A stretch of DNA of 64,000 bases, from the NCBI GenBank assembly GCA_043228905.1, contig JBHGNT010000022.1, positions 11,532,001-11,596,000 of the forward strand, given 5' to 3'. Shown here one piece after another: positions 10,509-22,695 of the stretch (its first letter is position 1; every line of letters begins with the position of its first letter). Source of the stretch: Azolla caroliniana (lineage: Eukaryota > Plantae > Polypodiophyta). The translations under genes were made by a program, and so were the position numbers. The notes beneath the pieces were generated by a model that was given only the letters and a program-made list of their open reading frames with translations, searched no databases and was not told the DNA's origin.

Positions 10509-13500
10509 GTGGCCCATGTGACAGAAAATGCACTTAGGATGACCCTATGGAATTGTAATGGCGCACTCTGGGCACACCCCGGCCGCCTAGAGGAGATACT
10601 AAAGGTATCTGATATACTTTTCTTGGTAGAAACACATCAGAGCCCAAATAGAGGACTCCCACGGGTCGAAGGATTCCGTTGGGAGTCCGCTTTTAGACAA
10701 ACCTCACGTCGACACACTACTAGGGGATCTGGAGGTGTCGCGATATTGTTTCGTAGAGAGCTACATAATAGGATAGAAATAATGAAGATAGACCCAGAAG
10801 CTCGTTTTATGTGGGTGAAAGTCTCCACAAGCAAAGACCAGGTAGTATTTTTCGCCATTTGTTACTTTCCCCCAAAAGGATCCTGTTATAATATTGGTGG
10901 CTTGACGAGATTAGTCGATGAAGGAATGCCACATGGGTCTTCTCCATACGAACCCCTATCGGATGACATAATCCGATATTCTTCCCAAGGAGAAGTATTT
11001 CTTGTAGGAGACTTCAATGCGAGAACCCAATTCCGACAATGCACAATATTTCAGATGAATAGAAACCTAGAAATGGTAAATGTTGATCCTTTAGACATAG
11101 GCACCACACCTAGATCAAAGGATCAAGGTGCGGACGCCACGAGCTTTGGCCATCATCTGCTCGAACTTGGTAGTCGGCATTGGATGGTCATATATAATGG
11201 TTTAGCTAAGTGGCCGGGCTCGGAAGAGCTCACATGTTTCCCACATGGAGGAGGGGAAAGCACAATTGACTATCTAATAGGGCGCCCTGAAGCTACCCAC
11301 ATGATTAACTCCTTCCGAGTGGCCCCATGCCCTATTGGCACAGACCATAGTTTCTTATACTTCGAGCTAAAATGTGATATCTCTAAGGTCACCAAGTCTA
11401 GTCAACCATGCCATCACACCACAATACATTTCACACATGAGCTCTCTGACATATACTCTCAACATGTTCAGGCCCATCTCCCCTCCCTTGATCCCTCCCT
11501 ACCATTAGAAAGCCTTAGTACAAAACTCACACACATCCTTCACTCCGTAGCAGCTAGCAGTTTCCCGTATACAAAACACTCAAATCAAGGTAGATCAGGA
11601 TCAATGCCACAAAATAAATGGTATGACAAGGATTGTAGGGACTTATATAGACAACTTACAATATCACAACTCAATGGTAGTATTACCTCCATACAAGCCC
11701 GCAAAGAAATGCGTAAGATGACACGTCGTAAGAGACGAGCGTGGGAGGCATCCCAATACTGGGAACTCTACCATATGCTCATGAGTAGCGATTGCGCCAC
11801 GGCATGGAAGAGACTACGGGAGCCAAGACCACAAACACCCATCGAAGATCCCGAAACTTGGCACACATATACAGAGAGACTTTACCAAATCCCAAACCAA
11901 CCACCCATTCCAATGCCTTCCACACCCCGGCCTACCACGGGGACACTTTTCACGACCTCTAGGGTCGTGAAGGTCATAAAGAAATTACAACATAGGAAGT
12001 CCATGAACCACACAGGATTGCGAGTAGAACATATTATATATGCGAGAGAGTGCCTAGCTCCCTTGCTAACTCTAATCTTCAATCGTGCCCTTGCGAAGGG
12101 TTTTCCACCACAGTGGACTATGAATACAGTGGCCCCCATACATAAAGGGGGGGACCCCATGGATCCAAATACATATAGGACCATTATGATAGGCCATACC
12201 CTTGCTAAGTTATATGGTGCAGTAATGGAAGCAGAGCTTAGCGACTATATGGAGACCCTAAACCTTCGTGCACCTGAACAAGTTGGCTTTAGACGAGCCT
12301 TCTCCACTATTGATCATATCTTCACACTTAGATGCCTAATTGACCAAACTAAGGCTCGCAAGAAGAAATTATACTGTTGTTTTGTGGACTTCCACAAAGC
12401 CTTTGACACAGTCCCTAGAGAGCGGTTGTTTGATAGACTTAAAAGCTTGAGGATACCAGATGATATGGTATGGGCCATCTACGCACTATATGAACAAGTG
12501 TCCGGGTGTGTCCGATGCCCAGGTGGCCTATCTAATCGTTTCACTAGCACTATTGGTGTAAAACAAGGTTGCCCCCTATCACCGACGCTTTTTGGGATCT
12601 ACATTGATGAGATCACATATTTTATTGCTCGTGAGGGAGGCACCGGAGTGGTCCTTGGGGATACGCAGGTTCGTATCTTGCTCTATGTGGATGACATAGT
12701 TTTGCTCTCTGAATCCGAACACGACCTACAAAGGCACCTTAATGCCTTAGATGACTTTTGTGTACAACGAGGATTGGTAGTGAATCTAGGGAAAACGAAA
12801 GTCCTTATCTTCCACACATCGGCCCAAGTTAGAGCTAAGTGTCACCTAACTATCTCCCATAGCCCAGTCGAGGTGGTTGGATCATATGTCTATCTCGGAG
12901 TCACTTTTAGTACCCGCTCAGGTAAATTTTTGATGACACAGGCAGCGAAGGATAGACTCACGAGAGGACATGCATCCCTCTCACTCCTAGAGAGACAATG
13001 CCACCAAGCACACTTTCAAGAGCCACGAACTAAAGGGTGGCTCTTTGACTCATTAGTGACCCCCTCCCTCATGTATGCATCAGCGGTTTGGGCTCCAGGA
13101 TTACCATCTTTCATGTGGACACAATTAGAGAGACCATTGGTGATGATGCTATCACGCCAACTCCGAAGCAAATCGACTATACCACATGACATTATTAGGG
13201 CTGAGTTCACGTTACCCCCAATGTTAGTGGAGGCACTTTTTCAACTTGTAGTCTTCATTCACAGGATACATAGCCAACCACATGATAGAATATCTCATCA
13301 AGCCTTTAAGGCCTCTCGATCATTGTATGAGTCCGACTATACTAGCTCATGGTATGGCATGATGGTGAGTTGGCTTCTTGCGAATGGTCTAGACATTAAT
13401 AACCTACCTCCCCTTAGGTACAACCACACGAGTGATAACACTTTAATCTCTCATGAGGACCGCAATAAAGTAATACGCCAAGAAATATGGCAAATTTACA

Positions 13501-14240
13501 CTCGGTGTAAATGGATCACCCCACTAGAGCCACTCCCATCTAAAATGTTGTACTATAAGAAACACTTCATGCACTTCTCTAAGTTAGGTTTTATCACGCG
13601 GCCAAAATATCTAGATGTATTCTTACCACATGCACTAAGGGTTGCCATTGGACAACTTAGAATATCATCTCACCAACTTGAGATTGAGAATGGCCGTACT
13701 AGTGGAGTCCCTAGGGAGGAAAGGATATGTAGGTTATGTCACATAGAGATAGAGGATGAGTACCACTTTACATGCAAGTGTCCAACCTATGCCGAGATAA
13801 GGGCAAAATACCAAGACATACTTGGTTCGTCTCCCACCCTCCCCAAACTATTAGATACTCTAGATATAAAGAAATTAGGCAAATGCATTCTAGAGCTAAA
13901 ACAACACAGAGAGAATAAGTTACAAAATGTTGACAATAATGTTGCTAATGATCACGAACATGTAACAAATGAAGTTTTTTAGGAACATGAGGAGACAACG
14001 AATGCCGACACACTTGCACCACTCGGCCTTTCCATTGATGAGGCAGAAAACCAGAGAAGAACCAGACGTCCTCGGGTGCCGGGTTTCAAAGCAACTCGAC
14101 ATGATGTGGAAGCAATATTGAAAATAAGGGAACGTGAGCTACACCGCCTAGAAGCCATGGCTAGGGCACTCTCTACATTGGAACCCACATCAAGACCCTT
14201 TGACCCCCCATTTCTTTTCGAGAGGCTTGGGTGGAAATAA
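10509..14240 (+). CDS. LINE ORF2: AP endonuclease + reverse transcriptase + C-terminal Cys motif, with an in-frame extension past a TAG at 13980-13982
   Basis: WNCNG, LVET, SGGVAIL, VGDFNAR, TIDY, TDH (APE); QVGFR, DFHKAFD, GVKQGCPLSP, YVDD, YLGV (RT); CRLC..EDEYHFTCKC; frame reopens for 85 codons to TAA at 14238-14240. Confidence 0.92.
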
Positions 14241-14440
14241 AATTAGGCTTAGTGTATAGTCACTTTTGAGTATACTACATATTGTACACTACTAGAACTC
14301 TTTTAGTTTAAGTTCTATTTTTTACTTAATTTTATTTAGTTATGATGACTGGATAAATACTCTTTTGTTGTAAACCAATTGTCTCATGGACCAAATTTGG
14401 CCTTAGAAGACATTAATATATCTTTCTTTCTTTATTTCTT

Positions 14441-16198
14441 TCTCTCTCTTTTCTTTTCTTTTTAAATAGCAATGGGCAAGGTTTCGGCTCGAACCGAACC
14501 GTTAAGCCATGGTTTTACTTTTTATTGGTTCCAAAAAATATTAATGGTTTCATTTGGTTTCGATTTTCGATAAATAGTTCGACTCGGTTCTAAAACTCGG
14601 GTTTATACGTTTTTGGTTAACATTTTTTTTACCTTAATAGTTTATTGATCTAATGGTTTTTTATTGATTTAATAAATTTAACTTAAATACTTATTTAATT
14701 TAATATATTTTTGTTTATTTAGATGTTTAATTAGTTTAATTTGAATGGTTAGGTTTAAATTTTTTATTAAATGGTTCGGTTTGGTTTCAACTTTTTCTTA
14801 AATGGTTTGGTTTAATTACTAAGAGTTTGTAAACAGTTTGGTTTGGTTTGGTTTTTGTTTTAATAAAAGGTTCGGTTTCTTTGCCTTGAAACCGAACCAT
14901 GCCCATTGCTAGATGTTAATATATACATATATATATCTTTCGTTCTTTCTCTCTCTCTTTCTTTCTTCAGTAAATAATGGCTTCCGTTACAAAAGAAAAT
15001 CATTTGGAAATGAGGCATCAGTTTGGTTTGTTCTTTTCCAGATGAACAAAAAGAAAAACCAATTGAACAAAGAAGATAGGCTTTACTCTCAAGTTAGAGA
15101 CATCCACACTAAATTGATACATTTAGTTGATGTTCTCCGGATGAACCAAACAAAAACAAAAACCAGCTAGCTGATGGAAGAAAGATAGGCTTTACTCCAG
15201 TTAGGAGACATCCATCGGGCATGAAAGAAATCGATGCCTGCTCTGTTCCAATAGTAAAAGCTCCAACCAATAACTCTTCGGAATGAATACCATAACTCTC
15301 CACATGAATACCTTACCTCGTAGCATCAATTGAGGACACCAACTTCCCTTCATCACATCGAAACCTCCACGTAATGAATGGGCTTACGAAAACCCCCGTA
15401 TCTTTATAACCCTTTATTCCATCCACTTATGTATGTCGATCAACTTGTGATAAGCATCGTTTGTTGAGATTATAGTCAATCTCCTATTTCTAATAAACAT
15501 CCAATCAAGCTCTTGACATCCCCCCCTCCCCTCCCCAAATCTAAATCAAGATTTGGCTCGTACGAAGATAGTAATTCTTGCAACTTATCCCAATATCAAG
15601 GTATAACCTTTTGGAATACGAAATGTTGATCTTGTTGTTCAAAAGCCTATTAATCTTCTTTGTGACACTAACATAGCATCCTTGACTGTTACCAAACCCA
15701 ATCTAGCCATTTGATTAAATTGAAGGTTAAGAAGTTGTTTACGTTGCCACCACAACAACCTTGATGTTGCCAAAACCTCTGTTGTAATGAATTGGTACAT
15801 CCCCTTTCTTGTAGGGGATGTCATTGTACAAAATCCAACATACTTTACCAATATGTCAACAAATACTTAACTATCAAAGACCCTACACATTTGACACCCC
15901 TTTCAGAATTAATGACATTCCACCAATTAGCTTCAATCGTTATGCTTCCAAGCGTAATTCCTGTCTTCTCTATAAAGTATGTCACCATTTCTGTCCAAGG
16001 TTGTACACCCTCAAACATAACTCAAATGAAAGCAAATTGACTAGCCACCATATAGTCATATAAATTCAATATTGATGCCCCACCAAGAGCTTCAAAGTAC
16101 AAAATATGATCTCATGCCAACCACGACAAGGCACTTTTCCTTTTTCTTATCCATAATAACATTTGCATTGAGTGTGACACCATTTCAAGAGCTTTATT
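14441..16198 (+). repeat. ~1.8 kb direct repeat, copy A'
   Basis: Begins where the LINE tail ends; colinear with 157-1984. Confidence 0.93.
14467..14911. mobile_element. hAT-like MITE, second copy
   Basis: Perfect 12-bp TIR TAGCAATGGGCA / TGCCCATTGCTA; AACCG repeats. Confidence 0.75.
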
Positions 16199-16806
16199 CG
16201 ACCATGAAAGCAAAGGAAGATAATAAGACACCATAGAGACCATGATCGATTGGACCACCTTAAGTCGTACATGAAAAGGCCATAATTGGGACCTCCAATA
16301 CATAAACTTATCCTCCAACCTTTTGGATACCCACTCAATAAGTTTCACATGAGAAACTTCCACCCCGATTGGATATCCAAGGTGATGACAAATCATACCA
16401 CGATGTATTATCCTTCTTGACCACCCTAACCCTAACACATCATGTTCTATACTGAAACGAGGAGTGATTTATGCACATTATTTCCCACACAAATCACACA
16501 CATTGTGGTAAGATTTGAAAACAAATCCCACACATCTCTTGTTTTACTAATATTTTCACAGTTAGGTGCCAAAAACATGATATGGTCATCAATGAGAGCT
16601 TGAACAATACATGGCTTCTTTGGTGGCAACCTTAGTCCAAGCAATTATTCCTCCATAGCCATATTGTGTAACTTAACAAGAAAATGATGTGTCACAATAA
16701 TGAATAATAAAGGATTGAATGGCATCCTTGTCTAACTGATCTCCAAATTGAAATAGGTCGTGTTACGCCTCCACTAAACATCACATGTGAAACCAGGCCC
16801 TCCCCT
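14970..16806 (-). pseudogene. Degenerate L1-clade LINE ORF2 fragment (RT C-terminal half and downstream)
   Basis: Minus strand SVRQGC near 16720, CHHLGYPIG, KFMYWRSQLWPFHVRLKVVQSI; many stops. Confidence 0.75.
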
Positions 16807-17441
16807 TGTTGAATACGGGAAATAATGTGCGTATTCATATTGTTCTATTTAGACATACTAGGTTTTAGGCTATTTATGTAAATAGTGGAAAGGGCAGTTG
16901 CCCTAAGTCAGTTGGTATTTAAACTAACTTTTGTAACCTAGTTTTGTGGTTGTTCATTTTGTATATTGTGTTGTTATAACTTTGAGAATAGTATAGATAC
17001 ATCTTGTTGTGTCTGACTCTTTCTCTTCTCACTGTTGTTTTCATTGCTTGATCTTGTCTCTTGCCTAAGTTGTCGTTGTCTTCTTCAATATGTTATTCCT
17101 CTCTATTATTGCTTTGAGTGTTACAAAGATCATCAACTGAGAGTGTTGATTTGTTCTATTGCCGATGATTGGATCCAACATATGGTATCAGAGCTTGGTG
17201 TTTTTGATTCTATAGCCAGCCGCCTTCTTGTCTCCATCAACATCTCTTCCTTGTATCTTTTGAAGATCCTTCTATTGACTTCACCTTGATATAACAAATT
17301 CTGAGATTTCAACCTAGCTGAAATCTTTGGTCAGACAACTATGCAAGATCACTCTTCTAGAGGAGAAACACTTGGAAAACCGGCTTCGCTGAGCTAAATC
17401 ACTCTTGAAGTATGCCAATTAGTTGTACTTCGCCTCCGTGG

Positions 17442-18037
17442 TGTTGGGAGACAGGTCCCTTCGGATGGGAAGGGAGAAGAACAGTGCTGATAAGGAAACT
17501 CGGCCAAGGCCGATAGGCCGAGGCCGAAACCGGTTGAGGAGTACCCGGCTACGGAGAGCCGGATGGTGCAGACCCGGTGAGGAGTGCTCACCGGATGAAG
17601 AGACATATTCGTAAATATGTTTCTGAGAGTCCATCATGGCTATATTTGTAAATAGCCGAAAAGTCATATTAGTATAAATATGACTTAGGGCAAACTTTTA
17701 GTGTGGTTGTCGTTATTATTGTCTGCGCGAGATCAAAGTGTGTAACCGTGTACAGAGAGAGAGAGAGAGAGGTTGTTGCCTCTGTTGTAACCGCCGCCTG
17801 TGGCGAAGATCGTGAGCACGAGGTCGTTGCCTCCGTGAACTCACTGTTGTACATTCTAACATAGTGATAGTTTGCAGCCTGTGGGCTGCCGTGGTTTTTC
17901 CCTCTTTGGGTTTTTCACGTAAACATCCTGTGTACTCTTCTCTTCTTCGTGTCGTTCATTATTTCCCATTTTCTGTGTATGATTCTAAGCTCGGTTGTGG
18001 CCGAGCGTTGCGCATAAGGAACACAGTGTTTCCGTCA
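17442..18037 (+). mobile_element. Solo LTR nested in the Copia leader, 5-bp TSD CGTGG
   Basis: TG..CA, 596 bp, CGTGG at 17437-17441 and 18038-18042, TATAAATA at ~17674. Confidence 0.88.
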
Positions 18038-18647
18038 CGTGGTTGTAGCCGCTTGAAGTGAGATATTTCCATCGATTCAACTGTAAATCATGCTTCATCA
18101 AGTTAGACAACAATTGGTCAGGCCATCTGGCGCTACCCACTCACTCATCGTAACTACTCAAAGTAGATTCGGTCCTAGGAACAACACATATTCGTGCTTC
18201 ATTTGACTAGACGATATTCAAGAAGACTAGTCGGATTTGTCCCTCTAATTCACTCAAAGCAGGATTGGTCTAGAAAATCGGCACATAATCTGTGATTGGT
18301 CCTTGATATCGGCAATTGGAATACGATTGGTACTTAATTGTGCTCAATTCAACTAGGTGATATTCGGGAAGATCAATTGACTCTATTCCTCCACTCATCG
18401 TAGCCACTCCGAACAAGTTTAGCACCCAACTGCCCCTTCCAAATCTGATCGACTAATCAATCGGCTAATTTGGGTCCAATTCAACTAGGCCAATCGGTTG
18501 TAGTCACTCTCAACCAAACCCACCGATAGTCAAAATTGATTTGGCTTGTGTTCAAATTCGGTTAGAACGAATTCGAGTGAGCCAGTCGGCTAAACCCTAC
18601 CACTATTCGTAGCCAACCACGAACAAAGCTCTCCCAACCGACACAAA

Positions 18648-18950
18648 ATGGCATCAACATCCGGATCATCAAAGATGAGTCTAAGGAAGTTTGACGGATC
18701 AAACTTAAACTTCTGGAAGGAGCAAATGCAAGGCTACTTGATAGTCAAGGGTCAAATTGACCCAATCGAGACTGAAAATGCTCCAGAAGAATACAAGCCG
18801 AATGACCGGACGAAGTTGGACCAAATTGTCCACTCCACCATTTAGATTCACTTGTCAGAATCAATGTACTTCACAGTGGAATCGTGTTCAACTGCCTTCC
18901 AACTATGGAAGCCACTCTCTGACATTTATGAAAAGAAGGTCGCCGCAACA
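18648..18950 (+). pseudogene. Copia gag N-terminus
   Basis: MASTSGSSKMSLRKFDGSNLNFWKEQMQGYLIVKG, matching the KFDGxNFxxWK copia gag motif; stop at 18843. Confidence 0.8.
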
Positions 18951-21199
18951 TGGAACTCATTAGTTATGTGTAATAGAATATGATTCTATGACACATAGTT
19001 AATGTGTAGAGAGTAGTGGTGTGACTCTTGACCTTTGAGTGATCATAGATTCTCAAAGAGTGTGTTCACACATTGCACTAGGTTGAGCTTGATTCTCAAT
19101 AGCCCTACTAAAAGATTATGTGGTTCTTCCATTACTATCTCGGGTTCAGAATTGTGTCACTAAGTGTGAGAAACTAATGTGATGAAGTTACTGATTTGTG
19201 GCATATTCTTACGTTCTCTCGCATGCATGATTCCTTGTTATGTTCAAGTCCAATCAAAGAAGTGTTGCTCTCAATTTTCCCATAATTTATAGGTTTTATG
19301 CGGAATTTTTTTTGGGATCGTGGAGGATATGTGGGTATTATATCTGGCACTTCGTTCTCTGTTCATGCTCTGGTTTTGCTTAAATTCTGTATGGACAACC
19401 ATAATTCTATTTCCTTATTATATGTGCCAAGGTTTATTGTTGTTGATACCACTTTGCAACATTAAGTTGTTTCACTTTGGAGAATGGTTGTTGGAGATTC
19501 TAATTGACAGAAATTGCAGAACGCTCTTATTGCAGTCTCCAACTTCTTTGTATAGCAAGCTAAGATAAAACAAAGTCATTACACTAGAGGTTTGTTGAAT
19601 GTAAAGAGAGGTTTGGCTTCTCTTCAAATTTTGCAGGAAAAACAACCTCATTCTCAATATATTCATTTTGAATTGCAAAATGTTATGATGTTGATTTCTT
19701 CTTTGCAGCAAAAGCGTGCACAATTTTCTTTTCAAACATCTGCAGCAAGATGTCGTGTAAAAGGTGACACCATGTCAATTTTATTTTTTTTAAATGTTAT
19801 AAAAGAAATAAGATCCAGTTGTGTAGTTAAAAAGATCTGACGATCTGTCACAACAGATAGAGTTGAAATGAGGCATATTGTAGCAAATTATTAATAGTCT
19901 TTGTTATCAATAGATATTCCGAATGTTGACGTTCTACAGATGTGTCAAAAAGTTTGGACTGCTACTTTGGTCAAGGTAACATCTCGGATGTCACATCAAC
20001 TTCTCCATCCATTTTTCCCTTTTGAAATTTTGCAGGCTATCAAAGGTATTGGGACAAATGTCTGCTCGGGTGTGGATGGAATGGGGATATTACAGATATG
20101 TACTAATGTAAGCAAAGGATAAGGATAAACGATAGATCTAGATAGAGAGGAGAGAGAGAAAGAAGGGCGTCGATCCACCCAACCACCCCCGAGCAAAGGG
20201 ATCAAGACGGACTCGAGCCTCGATCGACGTCCCATACCACTGACGTGGCATCGAGTCGTACCTGGTGCTGGCGCGCTCGCTACAAGAGTTGACCCACCAC
20301 AAGAACATAGTCTCGATGTAGTCAAAAGATGATGAAATGAGGGTAGCTAGGCCTCTTATTTATAGCGATACCCAAGGCCCCCAGGCAAGTTCACACTTGG
20401 TGTAATGGGTTGTCTCAATCCCGAGGATTAAAATTAATCATCCCCTTCTTTACACTCTCGTTTAACCCTCACACTTATCCACGTGTATAGAATACTACGG
20501 TAAATTCTGACCACGGGATATTAGATGGTCATGCCCGTAACATACTCCCCCTCTTTAAAACATTGCACTCTTGCAATGGAAAGTTAGGGAAGTTAGTTCT
20601 AAGAGTATTTTCGCGTTCCCATGTGGCATCTTTTATTGATTTATCCATCCATTTTATTCAAGCGTCGGTAATTAATACACATACGCCATGTGCCCTCTTT
20701 CTTTTTAACCATGAGAACTGGTGCACCCCATGGAGATTTACTATAACGTATATAACCCATTCGTAAATAGTCCTTGAGTTGCTTAGATACCTCATTCTCT
20801 TCGGATCGACTTAAGCGATAAGGAGGTATACTTATTGGTGCAACGCCATGTACAATATCTATATGATGGTCTATATTACGTTTAGGAGGTAACCCATTTG
20901 GTAGTTCACTCGAAAAAACATCACAAAAATCATTCAAGATTTCATCAAGTTGTTGTTCAAAATATGTTAATTGAACCAAGACATTATTGATATTGTAAAC
21001 GTGAATGTCCGGATCAAGTACACAATAAAATAGAGTAGAACAAGACAACTCGGATATTGATGGAGAGGAAACAATCGAGAGGGATTGCTTTTTTACACAT
21101 TGAATAAAATGAGTACAATCGTTCAATACAAATGTTATTGAATGATGAACCCAATCGATAGATAAAGAAGAGTTTTTATTATAGAACCAGGGATAACCC

Positions 21200-21745
21200 T
21201 ATTTTTTTATTTTTTTTTCTAAAACAATATTATTCATTAGTATAAATTCTACATACATGAGAAAATGATTAGTCTGACAACATCATAAAAGTTGTGGCCA
21301 TGATAGGCCAATAACAAACTCAGAGACTCAAAGTAGAAGACTACAAAGAGTGGTGGACACAAATACATGACTCTTTTTCCCATCTCATGTGATCATTGGC
21401 TAAGACCCAATGTTCATCCATCTTCTTCCATTCTCGCATGCTGATCAACATATAAATAAATGCTCATCACCATGGTTTCACAATATATTTGACCTTTATC
21501 TACCATGGATATATGACTGCAAGCATTTCCAACCGGATTTGCTAAAACTCCATTTCTTCTCATCTAGTCAAATATAGAGACAACACTTTCAGTTCCTCCA
21601 ACTTGGCCATATCCTGCAAATGTGACAGAATTAGAAGAGAGATTATCTTCTGTTGCATCAGCTCAAAAGCATTAAGAGTCTGCTCTTGAAGCTCCTAGTG
21701 CATATAACCTGTAAACAATGTATTCCATGACAGTATATCACCCAT
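21200..21745 (-). pseudogene. Processed (retroposed) PLS-class PPR gene fragment with poly(A) tail and 11-bp TSD
   Basis: TSD AGGGATAACCC at 21189-21199 and 21746-21756; A-rich tail at ~21200-21218; translation DILSWNTLFTGY..NSVTF / AGYGQVG..IFD*MRENGV..NPV / NACSHISMVDKGQIYCETM. Confidence 0.8.
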
Positions 21746-22256
21746 AGGGATAACCCAGTATTACATCAGTGGTACAAAGATTCATTACATGGAAGTCTAC
21801 TTCCTCTATATAAGTATCAATAGAAATTCCTAATGAATGAATCGCCCCGTTGATGTATTGTACTCTTCCATCAGCCAAGTGCACCATATAGGTGTGATCA
21901 CTTACGGTGGGTTGGATTCCCCATATCTTAACCAAACGATCATTCACAAAGTTATGTGAGCTTCCAGAATCAAACAAAAATTGTACGGGACATCCATTGA
22001 TATACCCGTTTACACGTAGTAAATCATTGGGACCCAATACATAGTGAGGGAAGGAACATTGACAATTACTTAAATGATGTGTATAGACCTGAAGGACATT
22101 AGGAATCTGACCTTTATGGTCTGCAGCTTTAGCTTTGTTGTCGTGCTCTTTCCGTTGGAGCTTTCGACATTGCTCTTTTGTATGACCCTTCTTTTTGCAT
22201 AATACGCAAAAAGGATGTTGTCGCTTACAATTGTGATCCATGAATTCGTTGGGTGT

Positions 22257-22695
22257 TGTTGAGATATCAAGCTCAACTAGTTTAATCTAGTTAGTCAACA
22301 CATGTAACTTAGTAGTTACCTAGATCGAATCTAGTTAATGTGTTGACCTTAAGCCTTTAAATAAGACCTTGTACTTAAGTGGGATATTCTAGATCCTCCA
22401 CTCCTTAGTACATTTAATGTAGGACTTACACATAAGTACCTATGTTCTACCCACACATGTGCGCCTTTGCACATGGGTTGTATATATACCTTATTGTGGG
22501 TATTTTTGTATGTTGATGACACTTTTCAATATAGTCAATCATCCCACATTTATCTTTGTGTTCAAGTGTAACTTCCTCTCTCTCTCTCTTCCTCTCACAC
22601 ACTCTCACGCGCATATCATATTAATCTTCTGTTGCTTAACGTAACCATATAATTAGTCTCTAATTAACCCTAGTTAATTACCTAATTACTTAACA
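22257..22695 (-). mobile_element. Solo LTR inserted in chromovirus gag, 5-bp TSD GGTGT
   Basis: TGTTG...TAACA, 439 bp; GGTGT at 22252-22256 and 22696-22700; removal restores gag KTPNEFMDH. Confidence 0.9.

Larger units (their letters stand above)
1985..14450 (+). mobile_element. Full-length non-LTR retrotransposon (APE-RT LINE, RTE-X-like), interrupted by a solo LTR and a gypsy element
   Basis: 5' leader, coiled-coil ORF1, ORF2 with APE, RT and Cys motif, 3' UTR ending AGACATTAATATAT(CTTT)n(CT)n; clade assignment is by architecture and motif style only. Confidence 0.85.
16807..18960 (+). mobile_element. Truncated Ty1/copia element: 5' LTR 16807-17180, PBS and gag start
   Basis: TGTTG...CAACA LTR, then TGGTATCAGAGC (tRNA-iMet PBS) at 17183; copia gag at 18648; no second LTR seen, right boundary approximate. 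Confidence 0.75.
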
